Assembly (NCBI GenBank): GCA_045837725.1
Contig: JBEWZL010000260.1
Coordinates: 372,001 to 436,000 of the forward strand
DNA: 64,000 nucleotides
DNA from: Vermamoeba vermiformis
Lineage: Eukaryota
Direction of reading: 5' to 3'
Below, piece after piece: positions 52,510 to 64,000 of the stretch (positions within the stretch are counted from its first letter, which is position 1; each line of letters starts with the position of its first letter). A program made the translations under genes and the position numbers. Under the pieces are notes generated by a model. That model saw nothing but the letters and a program-made list of their open reading frames with translations. It was not told the DNA's origin and made no database searches.

Positions 52510-53485
52510 CTTGAGAGTGAATATTATGCAACTAGGAAGCTTGTAAAGCTGTTGAACACAATTATTATAAATTACTCGGGTACGGATTTGTTTTGCTTAC
52601 GTACGTACTTGGGCAATATCTTTGTGATGAATGAGTTGGGTCCTGTGCCTCTATGTATCTGTGATAAGGCAGTGCATAACTAGAATAATTTGGTTAGTTA
52701 GTACCACAATTAATTGTCTTTCAGGCAAGTAAAGATCTGAAAAAATTGCCGGCATTTCATATTTTCAGGTGTCAAAGTTGTAAAATTAGGAGTCAATAAT
52801 TGCATTATGGGTGCAGAAGCCAAGAGAATTATCTCCCAACGTAGCAGGTCTAAATTGCCGAATTTTTTGAATTTTTAAATTAAGTAATATTAAATCTGCT
52901 GCAACCAAAGATATTCTTGGTAGCCAAAGTTATTATATTTTATGATCGGTGGTGAATAATTTAATTTTGCACCAGCACTTTAAATTGTATTTATGTTCAT
53001 ACCTTTTTGTTTAATTATTTAATGAGACACGCGTTGGTTTTTATCAATACCAATGCCGTGGTTTATAATGAAATTCTGCAGGCTCCTCTTCTCGCTAGTG
53101 TTCTATGTATTTATTTAATCGTATATTCGTTGATCGTACGCAACTCTGCATCTGGGTTGCATTCCATCATAATCCAATCGAGGTATGCAGACAGTCTGTG
53201 GACAGTCTATCCGAACACGAGAGAAAAAACCAAAAAACCCTTGGCCAAAAAAATCGGCCACCAATCCTGGGCCAAAATAAACGCACATCGGCCATAATGA
53301 ACACCACCGCTCAAACGCTGCAAAGCAACTTCGGAGATTAAAGGCAGACCGAGTGGCGCAAATAACGCCGTATGTATTTGTTAAGGAAGATCGTTACTGA
53401 CAAATATTACGCACGTGTCATACCATTAATAATAAATAATTTATCTCTGATTATTCGAGACTACTGTACATTTTCATATTGCTAT

Positions 53486-55544
53486 TTACAGACGGGCCGA
53501 TTGGATGTGGATGCTCTCACGTTTGCTTTCCATCGGTGCCAAACTCGTCGCACTAGCAGCAGTGCCGCTTGAAAATTTGTTGCTAGATCCCGAGGACTTG
53601 CCAGTAGGCGCTTGAAACGCGAGAATGTTCATCACTGACGCGGCACAGATCGCGGTCCAAAGTGCGTAGAACACGATCAAATAAGCTAAATAGCGCCACA
53701 GTTAATATACATATAAAACTCACTATTAGATTGAATATTATGAATACGCGTATGCACGTACATGTGGGATAATAAGCGATGCCAGACACGAACAAAATTG
53801 CAAACACGACGAACGAGAGCAAGAAGCCAGCACTGACGAGGATCTTAATAGTGCTCTAACAGGCATGGAACAAAGAGGTTAGTTTAGGCCTATCGAGTAG
53901 TACTAACAAGTAGCTTACCTGTCGCAATCTGACAACGCGGCCGAGATTTTTACTTCGGTTCAATCGCTTGAGCAACTTGGCGCCAGTCACAATGTAGAAC
54001 GCAGTCATGCCCACGATCACCAACAAGTATGCAACGGCTGCGCGAAGAGACTGTTAAGACTTGCCATTGATATCGTAATGAAGATAGGCAGTACTTGCCA
54101 GTCACTAATGGCAGTTGACTTAATGTCGTGAAACTGCGCAAGAGAATGCGAATGATTTGCAGCGCAAGCAGTGCACCTGAAAGAATGAAGAACGGAATGC
54201 GCATCTTGGTGATGAAGGCGTGCACGACCACCGAGGACTTGGTCATCATTTCGTGCCAGTACAATGTGAACAGCATGAACGAGGATAGTGCAAAGGGGAA
54301 CGAGAGCTCGCCGAATGCAACGGACACTGGCTCGGGGTACAAATTGTTGGATACCATTGGATCGATCGCCAGTACAAGTCGGACTGCGAAAATTAAAAAA
54401 ATTAGAATTGAATTGAGGCGCGTAACAATTTTAAAATCTAATCATTGCCAAATCAAAAAACGACTTTAGGTTGTAACGGATCCATAGTTGTTTTTTGGCG
54501 CCAGAAAAATCGTAAATTATACTTACTTGCGTTAGACAGGATCTCAATGAGTAGAACGTAAACCGATATTGAGCTCCGTACTTTTCCATAATATTTCAAA
54601 AAGCTATGAAGTTTCCAACTGGCAAGACCAATGTTGACCGCGCAAAACGCAGCAAGGAACGCTATTTGACGAATTTTATGATTAGGCAAAGATCCTTAGA
54701 ATTAGTCATGAATATATAATAATATTACCTTGCCAGACGTAGTTTCCCGGTGATTCAAGAACGGTTTGCCATTCATTAACGGATTCTCGAGTTACGGAGG
54801 TTAGATCAAGTTCAGAACGAAAATGAATCAACTGTATTTACCATTAGGCAATATAGTCACATTTGCGTAGTCTCCTTTGTTAAACAGCCAGAAGAAAGTT
54901 CGTCCATCCAAAAGTCCAAGTTCAAAGACCGGGATTATGATTTGATCTCTAGCGGCCTTACTATTCCAACGATATCTTAAATAACCAGGAGTATCTAAGA
55001 AAAACTTTTAGTTACCATTGTTGTAAATTTATACTTAAAACAGATCCTGTCATTCGTCAAATGCAGATGCAATTCTGATTGAATGGGGCGGTGAACTGCT
55101 GAAGGTCGCGGATGAGACTATACTTACAGTAGGTAGGAGTAGCATATATGACAGCTACAGCGCCGTTGTTCTGAGCTGCGAGGATCTGCTCGTCGATCGG
55201 CAAGTTTGCCTTGCTTACGTAAACTGCTCCCGCAACGTTGTTAATATCATCTGATAGACTGTCTACATTCAATGCCTCAACGATGAGTTCTCCTTGTGTT
55301 CCTGATGAAGAGCATCAATAATCGGGAACAATCAAAGCGATGGAGAAATAAACTTAAATCGCACTGAAACGTTCTAATTTACTGATTAATGACATTTTCT
55401 ATACGTACCTATATAGATTATCTGAATGCTCGTTAACTCGAGCTGAGTACTATTTTTAGTCTGGATGAGCAGGTTTGAAGCGGCTAGGCTGCAGTGTCCT
55501 AGCACCAATATAGCCACGCATAGTATTAATTGCCTTAGTCTCAT
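53486..55544 (-). CDS. Signal peptide + PA (protease-associated) domain + 7TM receptor-like protein, copy A
   Basis: AQNNGAVAVIY..PGYL..IIIPVFEL is PA-like. Seven hydrophobic segments follow, including FTLYWHEMM, then an S-rich tail. Confidence 0.75.
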
Positions 55545-56716
55545 GATTAGTTCGATTCTTTCGAAAGAAAGTCAGTTCGTTAGTTAGAGTCACCGGCCAG
55601 GATCTAAGTCCACTTACATTCACTAACGAAAGATGTCTTAGTAGGTGCGAGTTGGTTCGGTTGTCGATATCGATGGACCAGCTCTGTTGCTCTTGTTCGT
55701 TGCGAACACTCGAATGTCCCGAAGACGTGACACGCAGTCTTGTTGTTACGCGTCAAAAATAGGCAAGACCGGACTTGGTGTGAGTCGGCAGCAATTCTCT
55801 TTTCAGTGGTCTTTGTGCTCAAAGACTAGTAATGACGAGCACAAGTAAGAATTAAATGACAATAGGACGTTACTGAGCTTATTAAGTGACAATAGGTGCA
55901 CAATATCTCGCCAAACCAGATCTACTACTATAAATGGTAAAAAGCGCTGAAGAAACACCGTATTGACGGCAAAAATAAACGTTGTCAATGTAATTAAATA
56001 GGGCACGGAAAGAATAACGGCTATAATTAGCGTTGATTGATAATTTCGAGGTCAATTTTGAAAACGAAGAAAAAAACGCAACACGCCAAGTGGAAGTTGC
56101 GTTGCCTCGAAAGTAATTATGAAAGTAATTAGGTAATAATATGTAATATTGCAAATATACAGCTGTAGCGATACTTTTAATCAAAGACGAAATTAATCCG
56201 GATTTGAAACAGGTAATAATAATTAAGGATTACTGCAGTAATTAGCGCAGTAAATTTTCAAAAACTTAAACATAATTTATAATTGGTAAATAATAAATTT
56301 TAACGCACGTTACCGTTATCTCAGCACATCACATCAACTGGGTGGGTTTAACAAAACTTGAGGCCTTGCTAGCGAAACTCTTCTCTCGCTCAATTGCTCA
56401 CCTCACTTGACCACAGTGTTGTTGCCTTCGATCTGGTTGGCCTTTCCCGAGTATCAAGCTGAAACCAACAACGAGATGCATCATCGTGAAGCATTGAAAA
56501 CGAACAAATAAGAAATATCCTCGGTGAATTTACTAATTTTCGTGTGCTCTTCCGTCGGCAAATATTGGAACAGTTTGAAATGACCCGCAGACTTATTTTG
56601 GCAAAGGACTTACCACGTGGATCCGACGTTAAAAAAACTCCGAGATACATAGATTAAACAAAATCTTTAAATTGTTGTCATCACCACGTACAACGCACCT
56701 ACTACCTACAATAGCC

Positions 56717-57900
56717 ATGCAGAACTCTAAAGTCGCCATCGTCACTGGCTCCAACTGCGGATTAGGCCTCGCGACAGCAACATCTTTGTGGAAGGATCAC
56801 CACTGCCACGTTGTCATCGCTTGCAGGGACGAGAAGAAAGCTCAAGAGGCTATTAAGACCATCTGCGGTAGCGAAGGTCACGAGCGACTTGAATTTATTC
56901 AGCTCGATCTCTCTAGCTTGGAGTCCGTCAACAAATTCGCCGAAAATTTCAACGCTAAGCATAAACACTTGGACGTATTAATCAACAATGCTGGTGTGGT
57001 AAGTATTTACAACTTAAGCTTGAATTATTTTTCTTAAGACTTTTAGTTCGCATCAAAACTTGAGAAGACTGGCGACGGCTTTGAAAAGATGTTCCAAGTG
57101 AACTACTTGGGCCACTTTTTGCTTACTAGTAAGTAAAGGCGAGTAAGGTAAATTAGGAAATCCTCTAATCACGATCTACTCTTGCAGATCGCTTGCTCGG
57201 CGCATTAAAGCGCAGTCCAAGCACAGCACGTATAATTAACATTGGTAGCAACGCATACAAATGTAAGTTTCTTTAATTGTCGCGAGACTTTCCTTATAAG
57301 GCAAAAGTAATTTAACTGTTTAATTGCAGTCGCACATCCGACCGCTGTGGATGAAATACCCGTTAAAGTTGAGAAAGAAAAGAGTTTATGGACCATTACT
57401 TCATTGAAGCTCTACGGCAGCAGCAAGCTCTGCAATTTGTGGTTCTCGATCGCCCTACGAAAAAAACTCGAAGAACAAGGTACGCTACAAAACACTTACT
57501 ACGACAGAAAGTGAATATTAAAGAGCTCTAATATAGGCATCAACAATATAACCATCGCTACGATGCATCCAGGCGCTGTTAAAACGGAACTTGGTCGGGA
57601 AGGCTCTCCGGCTATGCGACCGATTATGAATCTGATTTACAAGCTCTTTTTTATCTCTCCTATTGAAGGTAAGCAAAGTAATATCATAGGAGACGTACTT
57701 CTTCATGCTTACTCTTATGTTTAGCTGCTAAACCTACCGTCAATGTCGCGATGGCAGCGCCAACGGATTTGAGAACGGGCCAGTACTGGGACACGAACAA
57801 AGTGGTGCCTATTACTAAGCAAGCTGATAGTCTTCCTAATGCATTGAAGTTATGGGACAAATCGGTCGAGATGCTCGCTAGCAAGGGCTACACTTTGTAA
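56717..57900 (+). CDS. Short-chain dehydrogenase/reductase (retinol dehydrogenase/WWOX-like)
   Basis: AIVTGSNCGLG, LDLSSLESV, LINNAGV, FQVNYLGHFLLT, YGSSK and HPGAVKTEL. Confidence 0.92.
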
Positions 57901-58055
57901 CAGCAGATCTGCCATTCTTTTCTATTCTAATCTATTTAATTTTTTCATAATTTACCTATATAAACAACAAAATTATTATTAATTGTTTTTACGAGATTTC
58001 AGAATCGGAATTGAATAAAACGTTCAAATATAATATATATTTACATTTATTTTAC

Positions 58056-59925
58056 TTAATTATCTGGTCTAACACTTGAAGTAGTAATACTGTTTTTTCG
58101 TTCGTGCAAACTGGTGTTAGTTCTACTTGATCCAGAAGCCGACGAATGTTTCGAAGGCAATTCGAAGGCTAGGATCGCCATAATAGAGATGGCATTTAAT
58201 AATAATTGCAGAAAATACCATACGAGTACAAATGCTGATTAAATATTAGCTATGGAATCTACTCAAATGCCTGTAACTTACCGAGCGGAGTTTTGTAAGC
58301 AATTTTAGCGACGAACAGAATGACCACGATAACGAATCCTACAAGCATACCGCCACAAATAAGAATACGAATGGTACTCTAAAGAAGAAAAGTCAATTAT
58401 TGAATTAGTATTAAGGCTTCTTACCTTTCGTAAATTGACGGCACGACCAAGATTTTTGCTTTTGTTCAGTCTGATCAATAACTTTGTGCCAGTAATTCCA
58501 TAGAAGACTAACAGTCCAGTTATTACGACCAAATAGATAGCCGCTACATTCAAAGTTAGACCAGGCTCGTATAAAATTTATATAGACTTACCTGTGACGG
58601 TGGTAAAGCTATCGAATGGCGAAGTATTTCTTATGATGGTACGCGTGATTTGCAAGCATACTAGGAATGCACTGAGCACGAAGAACGGAATTTTCATCTT
58701 CACCATAAATGGATGAACCACCACAGTTGAACTAGTCATCATTTCGTGCCAATACAGCGTGAACAGTAAGTACGAGGCTATCGAGAAAGGCCACGAGAGC
58801 TCGAGTAGTGCAGCGTATGCTTGTTCCGTGTACAAGCCAAACGTGCCAAAGGGGTCAACGAAGGCAGCTAACCTGACTGGAAAAATCAAATAAACATTTT
58901 GAGTGCGTGTGACTCAAAGGGTACATCCATAAGACTTACTTAGATTCGATATGAGCTCTATCGAAAGCACCACGAGAGATACTGAGGCTCTAAATCCTCC
59001 GTAGTGTCGCAGAAAAATTGACATTTTCCACGAGCAAAGTACCAAGTTCGCGATACAAAATAGACCTAAAGAGACTATCGATACCGTTAGTTTAATGTAA
59101 AAGGTTTAATAGGCAACGTACTCGGCCATAAATAGTATGCAGGACTACTAAACACTTCGTCCCAAGGATTCTCATTGCCTGTAAAGTTGACCAGATCAAA
59201 AAAATGACATTTAACGTTTTGGAGGCTAGCTCTCGAACGTACCAGTAGGAAGAATAGTAGCATTTACGATTTGATTATTTTGAACAAATGACCATAGTTT
59301 TTGACCATCTATAATTGGCACTTCAAAAACTGGGATCTTGATCTCGCGGACAGCTTGTCTATCATTGATTCGACTTCTTAAATAGCCTCCAACATCTATA
59401 ATAAATTTGGTCATTAATAATTGCGCTTAAAAGGTCTTTAAGAGACTTGCAATAAAGCGGCGAAATGTAAATAACGGCTCTGGCTCCAGATTGTTGAACT
59501 TGAAACGCTATTTCATCGATAGCCAAAGGACTTTTAATAACATATATTCGATCGGTAACTTGAGTCGTATCTGATGTAACTTCAAGCGAGATCGGTTCAG
59601 CCAAAAGTTCCTTCGAGGTTCCTAATGAATAATTAATTATCGGATATCGATGATCCTATGAATAAAGATATATAATATTATTTCATAGCCTTATTACTGT
59701 TTTTATACTTGATTTTACAAACGTCGCGACCGAAGTCTTGCATCGTATTTAACTCTTCTATTGTAATTAAAATAATAACATACCAATATAAATAATTTCT
59801 ACGCTTTCTATCTCTACTTGCGTGCCGTTATTGAGTTGAACAACAATCGTGGCTTCGATCTGAAACGTTACGAGCGCAATTAATCCAAAGTAGATTAAAA
59901 GCTGTAGATATCCTCTCCGTAGCAT
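58056..59925 (-). CDS. Signal peptide + PA domain + 7TM receptor-like protein, copy B
   Basis: VQQSGARAVIY..GYLR..IKIPVFEV, LFTLYWHEMMTSS and GTKLLIRLNKSKNLGR; same intron positions as copy A. Confidence 0.75.
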
Positions 59926-60361
59926 TGTGTAAATATGGGTGCTACCTGTAATTATCCGAATTAATATTGAGATGTACATCCGTCGATCCTGTGTTAAATC
60001 ATACCAGATCTAGATCACCGCGCCACGAAGGAGAAGCTTGATGTATCGGTGGAGAAGGGTGCTGATACGTTCAAAGAAAAGACTAAAGTAAATTTCAAAG
60101 TCCAAACACGGGACCTCGGTTTACATTTATGACATTCAGGATACTTGCCATATTTGGAAATCTTGGAATTCTTGTTCAACTGCCAGAGTAGGTACCTGCA
60201 GCAATATAGTTGTCATAAACCATGCATATTTAGCCAATTCTCTTAACGCGTAGTGACACACTAAATGTTTCTGGCTGAATTCGAGCAAACATCAGATGCG
60301 GGTTCCCGAGCAACTCCAACTTCCGGATTTGGTATTATTTTTGCAGTATTTAATGAAGTTT

Positions 60362-63029
60362 TTATGTTTCATTAATCGCCGCTGCTAATACATCACGAAG
60401 TTTAACGAGATCTGCCTCACCAGTGTCTGTCTTGCAGGCATCGTAAGATTGGACCACAATGTTAATAAACTGTTGCGGGATATCGTATATAGCCTATAAT
60501 AATGTTGATACATTAATACCTGGGCTTATTAATTAAATTTTTTGTTGCTAGATCCAACGTACGTTACTCCACATTTTTCTGGCTTGCCAAACTAACACTC
60601 CAGGAATACTAAAGGCACCCTGTATAGCCTAATTATAATTCGTATTAATATAAGCTGTAGTCTATTCAATCATTCAGTGAAGTTTGTTGGATCTTACATC
60701 GGATCTGCCTGATTCGCTTTTGTGCCGATCAATAGACTCTAAATATCGTTTGCATTTTTCCATGGTCGATAATAAGTGCTCGTCTTCAGGTTGCGCAGGT
60801 TCACCAAGTTCTTCCATCTTATAAATATAGCTGTACATAAAATACGCCTGATCCGCGTCACCAGGCAAAGTCGCCTTGATCTGCGGTAAAATAAACGGAA
60901 ATTTTTCGAATTTGGACAAGCCCATCAGTTTCTATAAAAGAAAATAATCAGGTAAATTCAATTTCATCTGGTATTTGTTATCTTACGACGAATTCTAATG
61001 TCTTTGGCGCTATTGAATTAATTTTGTCGTGCATTTGTTCGAAGAAAAAATCCAAATAAAAATCATCTTTGACTTCTTCAGGGTCGCTGCTCGGCATTCG
61101 CGTTTTGATCTCTTGGTGGATCTTTTGTGCTTCTGCTAACTTGCCCAATATAATCATACTTTCTGCATAATATCTAAATATTACATTAGTCTCGTTGCCA
61201 AAACAATACTATTATATTCTGTCATATTATTAGTATTTTCGATGTTTCGGGTGTCAAAGTGTCATTTTGATTTTTTCACAGTCGCGTCAATAAAAATATC
61301 TAAACATCATTATAATGATTGTAATATCTAATTTAGGTATCATTGTTGCCTTATGTGGAATAATTCAACGACCGCAGATGAATTCTTACCTGTTGTTCAA
61401 TCTCCATGCCTTTCTCAGCGCACGTTCTTCTTGATTGACGTCCATATAAGCATCAATATAATCGTGCGATGATTGGTCCGTCGTCGAATTGAAATTTCTG
61501 TACCGTTCAGACTGTAATCTTGCGTCGATTTTTAGTCGCGTGACACGACACCTTTCGAGCTCAGAATTGATTCTGTTAATAGACTCTGCCAAGAACTGAT
61601 TCATGAACACTGCACGGCCCTGGTAGAGCCATACTTGGTGCACATCAGTAGTCGTCGATAAGTCCGTGATATCGGCTTCGAGGGCCTGTTTGTAGTGCTC
61701 ACTAGCCTCGTCGTAACGGCCAATATGTTGCAACACCCTAACGATACGATTATTAAATATGCATTATACAGACTAAAACAGCTATAATTGATTTCAACAT
61801 TACAAATTCGATTCGAGATCCGGCTGGGTAACTACTATTTCTTAAAATTTTAATATTTCAGTTCTTGATTGCTTACCAGCCCTTCAGTGAATGATAAGAG
61901 TCGCGTTGATTAGGATTAATTAACCCCGCTGCTTCAATCGTTTCTAACGCTTCGTCAAATCTTCGCTCGTCCGTCAATGCAAGCGTCAAATTATAGAACG
62001 CTCTGAATATGAAGCAGGTGAGTACCAAGACATTATTATTATTTATAAATACCTTATATGTTTAGGACATATTTCTATTGATTTTTTGTAATCGGCAATA
62101 GCGCCAGGCAGATCTTCTTTAAGATACTTCAAAAAGCCCATATTATTGTACGTGACGTGCAATCGAATGTAGTTAGGAAATCTAACTATTAAGTCATCTG
62201 TAGGATATATAATCAGTAATGTTATCAATAAATGAGATTAAAGTTTAATTTCCATTTTAGGTCCGGATGTAGAACTCATATTGTTACGCACCATAAATAG
62301 ATAATTCAGCTTCAATATTTCCTGAATGCTCTCGTTCTAAAAATCCTCGGAAATGTCGAAATCTTGGCTCGTTAGGACTTAATTCGATCGCTTTTTCGAC
62401 TTCCCTAACTGCGGCAGGAAAATTCTTTTTCATCCAATACTGCCGCGAATAAATAAAATGAAGGTAACCTGAATTAGGTGGCACTGTCTATAATGTTTTA
62501 ATGACATTAATAAGGGTTTGCTTGTTAGTTCAAAATTACCTTTTCGGTCCTGCGCAATTCTAACAATGCACAAACTTTTTGTTTCGAGCTGTAATAGCAA
62601 AAAGCACGTTCTTCTAATGCAATATAATCGTTTGGCCATAGAAATATAATTTTTGAGAGGAGTTCCTGAATTATTTTAAATTTTAATAAATTTCGACTTT
62701 ATAATTTCGCATTATTTCGATCTTGGTGAATGAAATTGAAATTTTATACATACCTTTGCAGTGGACCAATTTTGCTGATAAACCTCATTGAGGGCGGCCG
62801 AGAAAAGCATCGAGCGCTTCATGAAAAAAATTAATTAGTTCTAATTAATTAATTTTGCCGTATAACGTCATGTAAAACTCACCAAGCCTAATGTATTGTC
62901 TTTTATGACATTGAGCATCGTTTTTGAAGTGCATCCGAAATCGAATGCCTCGAGGCAACTTAGTAATTTACAGATCTGCACGTTTATCTCCTTCGGCAAA
63001 TCTTCTATTAAAGACTTTATAATATTCAT
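60362..63029 (-). CDS. F-box-like + TPR-repeat protein
   Basis: First exon IEDLPKEINVQICKLLSCLEAFDFGCTSKTM is F-box-like. TPRs include AAVREVEKAIELSPNE, YNNMGFLK..GAIADYKKSIEICP and LQHIGRYDEASEHYKQALE. Confidence 0.72.
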
Positions 63030-63316
63030 GGTGTTATTATCAGGTTAGAATTTTGGATCCTTTGCTGCGCTACCGAAACTTGCTTCGATCAGATTTCATA
63101 AACCCGTCTTTTTGCAAGATGCGTGTTTGATCGTATTAAAAATAAATAAATATGAATGTTCCGTATTGCTCTTCGTCTATTTCAAAAGAAATTAAAATTT
63201 TCGTTCAAAACTCCTTGAAATTTGTCCAATGAAAATTTAACCGCACGCAGTAAGTGTTGTATACCACACAACGACTATAATATGAAATTTTATATATTGT
63301 TTTAAAAGGTCATTCG

Positions 63317-63940
63317 TCACAGATCCGCTTCGAAGACGTACATTCCGAATTTCTCGATCGGTGCCTGGATCTTCTTGTGAAATTCTTCGCCAAACTCTGT
63401 ATCGAATTTGATATCAACAAGTGCACAATCCTTCTCTTTGGCAATGTAATAATGATGGGCAATACTTCGGTAGAGCAGATCTGGGCTAATAGATCTGATG
63501 CCAATAACCCTTCAGATCCGACGTGTTAGCGCATTTGCAGTAATATTACAAAGCATCTATATCACATACCATTTGCTTGTAGAGTCTCCTCTCGAGCAGC
63601 TAATGATCTCCACACGTTTACCATAAGCGTAGGTACTTATGGGTTGGTTCGGATCTGCTCGTTTGTTGACGTAGAACTCGGCACCTTTTTTTTCTTCGGC
63701 AAGTAGCGCATCTAGTTGTGGCAAGTAAACTGACCATCCAGCAACAAAGTATTTGTGTTTAGAGAATACAGGATGACTTTGTATCAGTGCGAACAGATCT
63801 GAGGCTGACACGCGTTCAAATTCTCGATCGGCATCTGCTTGCGAGATCTCGAGAAGGGAGGCAAAATTTTGCGCTTGCTCCATGTTCAAAAATACGCAGT
63901 AGTGATAATCAGCGTTCTTTAATAGCAATTTCTCCGCCAT
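63317..63940 (-). CDS. Hypothetical protein (two exons seen; a further upstream exon begins near the window end)
   Basis: ORF 63557..63940 splices at KW|VIGIRSIS.. to an exon ending FEADL* at 63317. A GTAAGT..CAG intron lies at ~63944-63990. Confidence 0.55.
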
Positions 63941-64000
63941 TCTCTGACCAGTTTTCGTTAAAAAGGATAGGGAAGAAATAATATACTTACAATACTTCCG

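Noticed and set aside
53105-53341. Short ORF with repeated GGCCAAAA words
   Set aside because: No motif, splice support or terminal-repeat partner; cannot be supported as a gene or mobile element.

Overview
Gene-dense, intron-rich eukaryotic DNA with mostly 45-130 nt introns, AT-rich spacers of a few hundred bp and the standard code. The gene content suggests a free-living, amoebozoan-like protist (inference). I assembled about 28 gene models by hand from splice signals, so exon boundaries are approximate. Conserved genes are NEDD1, eIF3m, a WNK kinase, ENPP, a helicase-less family A DNA polymerase, an NAD(P)-binding protein, DUF268, a sterol desaturase-family enzyme, DDX46/Prp5 and an SDR. 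There are four paralog pairs: L-type-lectin surface proteins, secreted/GPI-type beta-propeller-like proteins with a bacterial-looking intronless core (one copy has an in-frame TAA), repeat+C2 proteins with a homogenised 3' end, and PA-domain 7TM receptor-like proteins. Several genes or domains are largely missed by the ORF track: an atypical, probably GTPase-deficient Rho, an ER/K single-alpha-helix + half-fimbrin protein, and the F-boxes of an F-box/multi-TM and an F-box/TPR protein. Non-coding signals include at least seven GC-AG introns, a stem-rich ~220-nt candidate RNA in a divergent promoter, a 23-bp palindrome-cored element shared by two unrelated introns, and an E2F-type site before the polymerase. 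I recognised no tRNA, rRNA, CRISPR array or intact mobile element.
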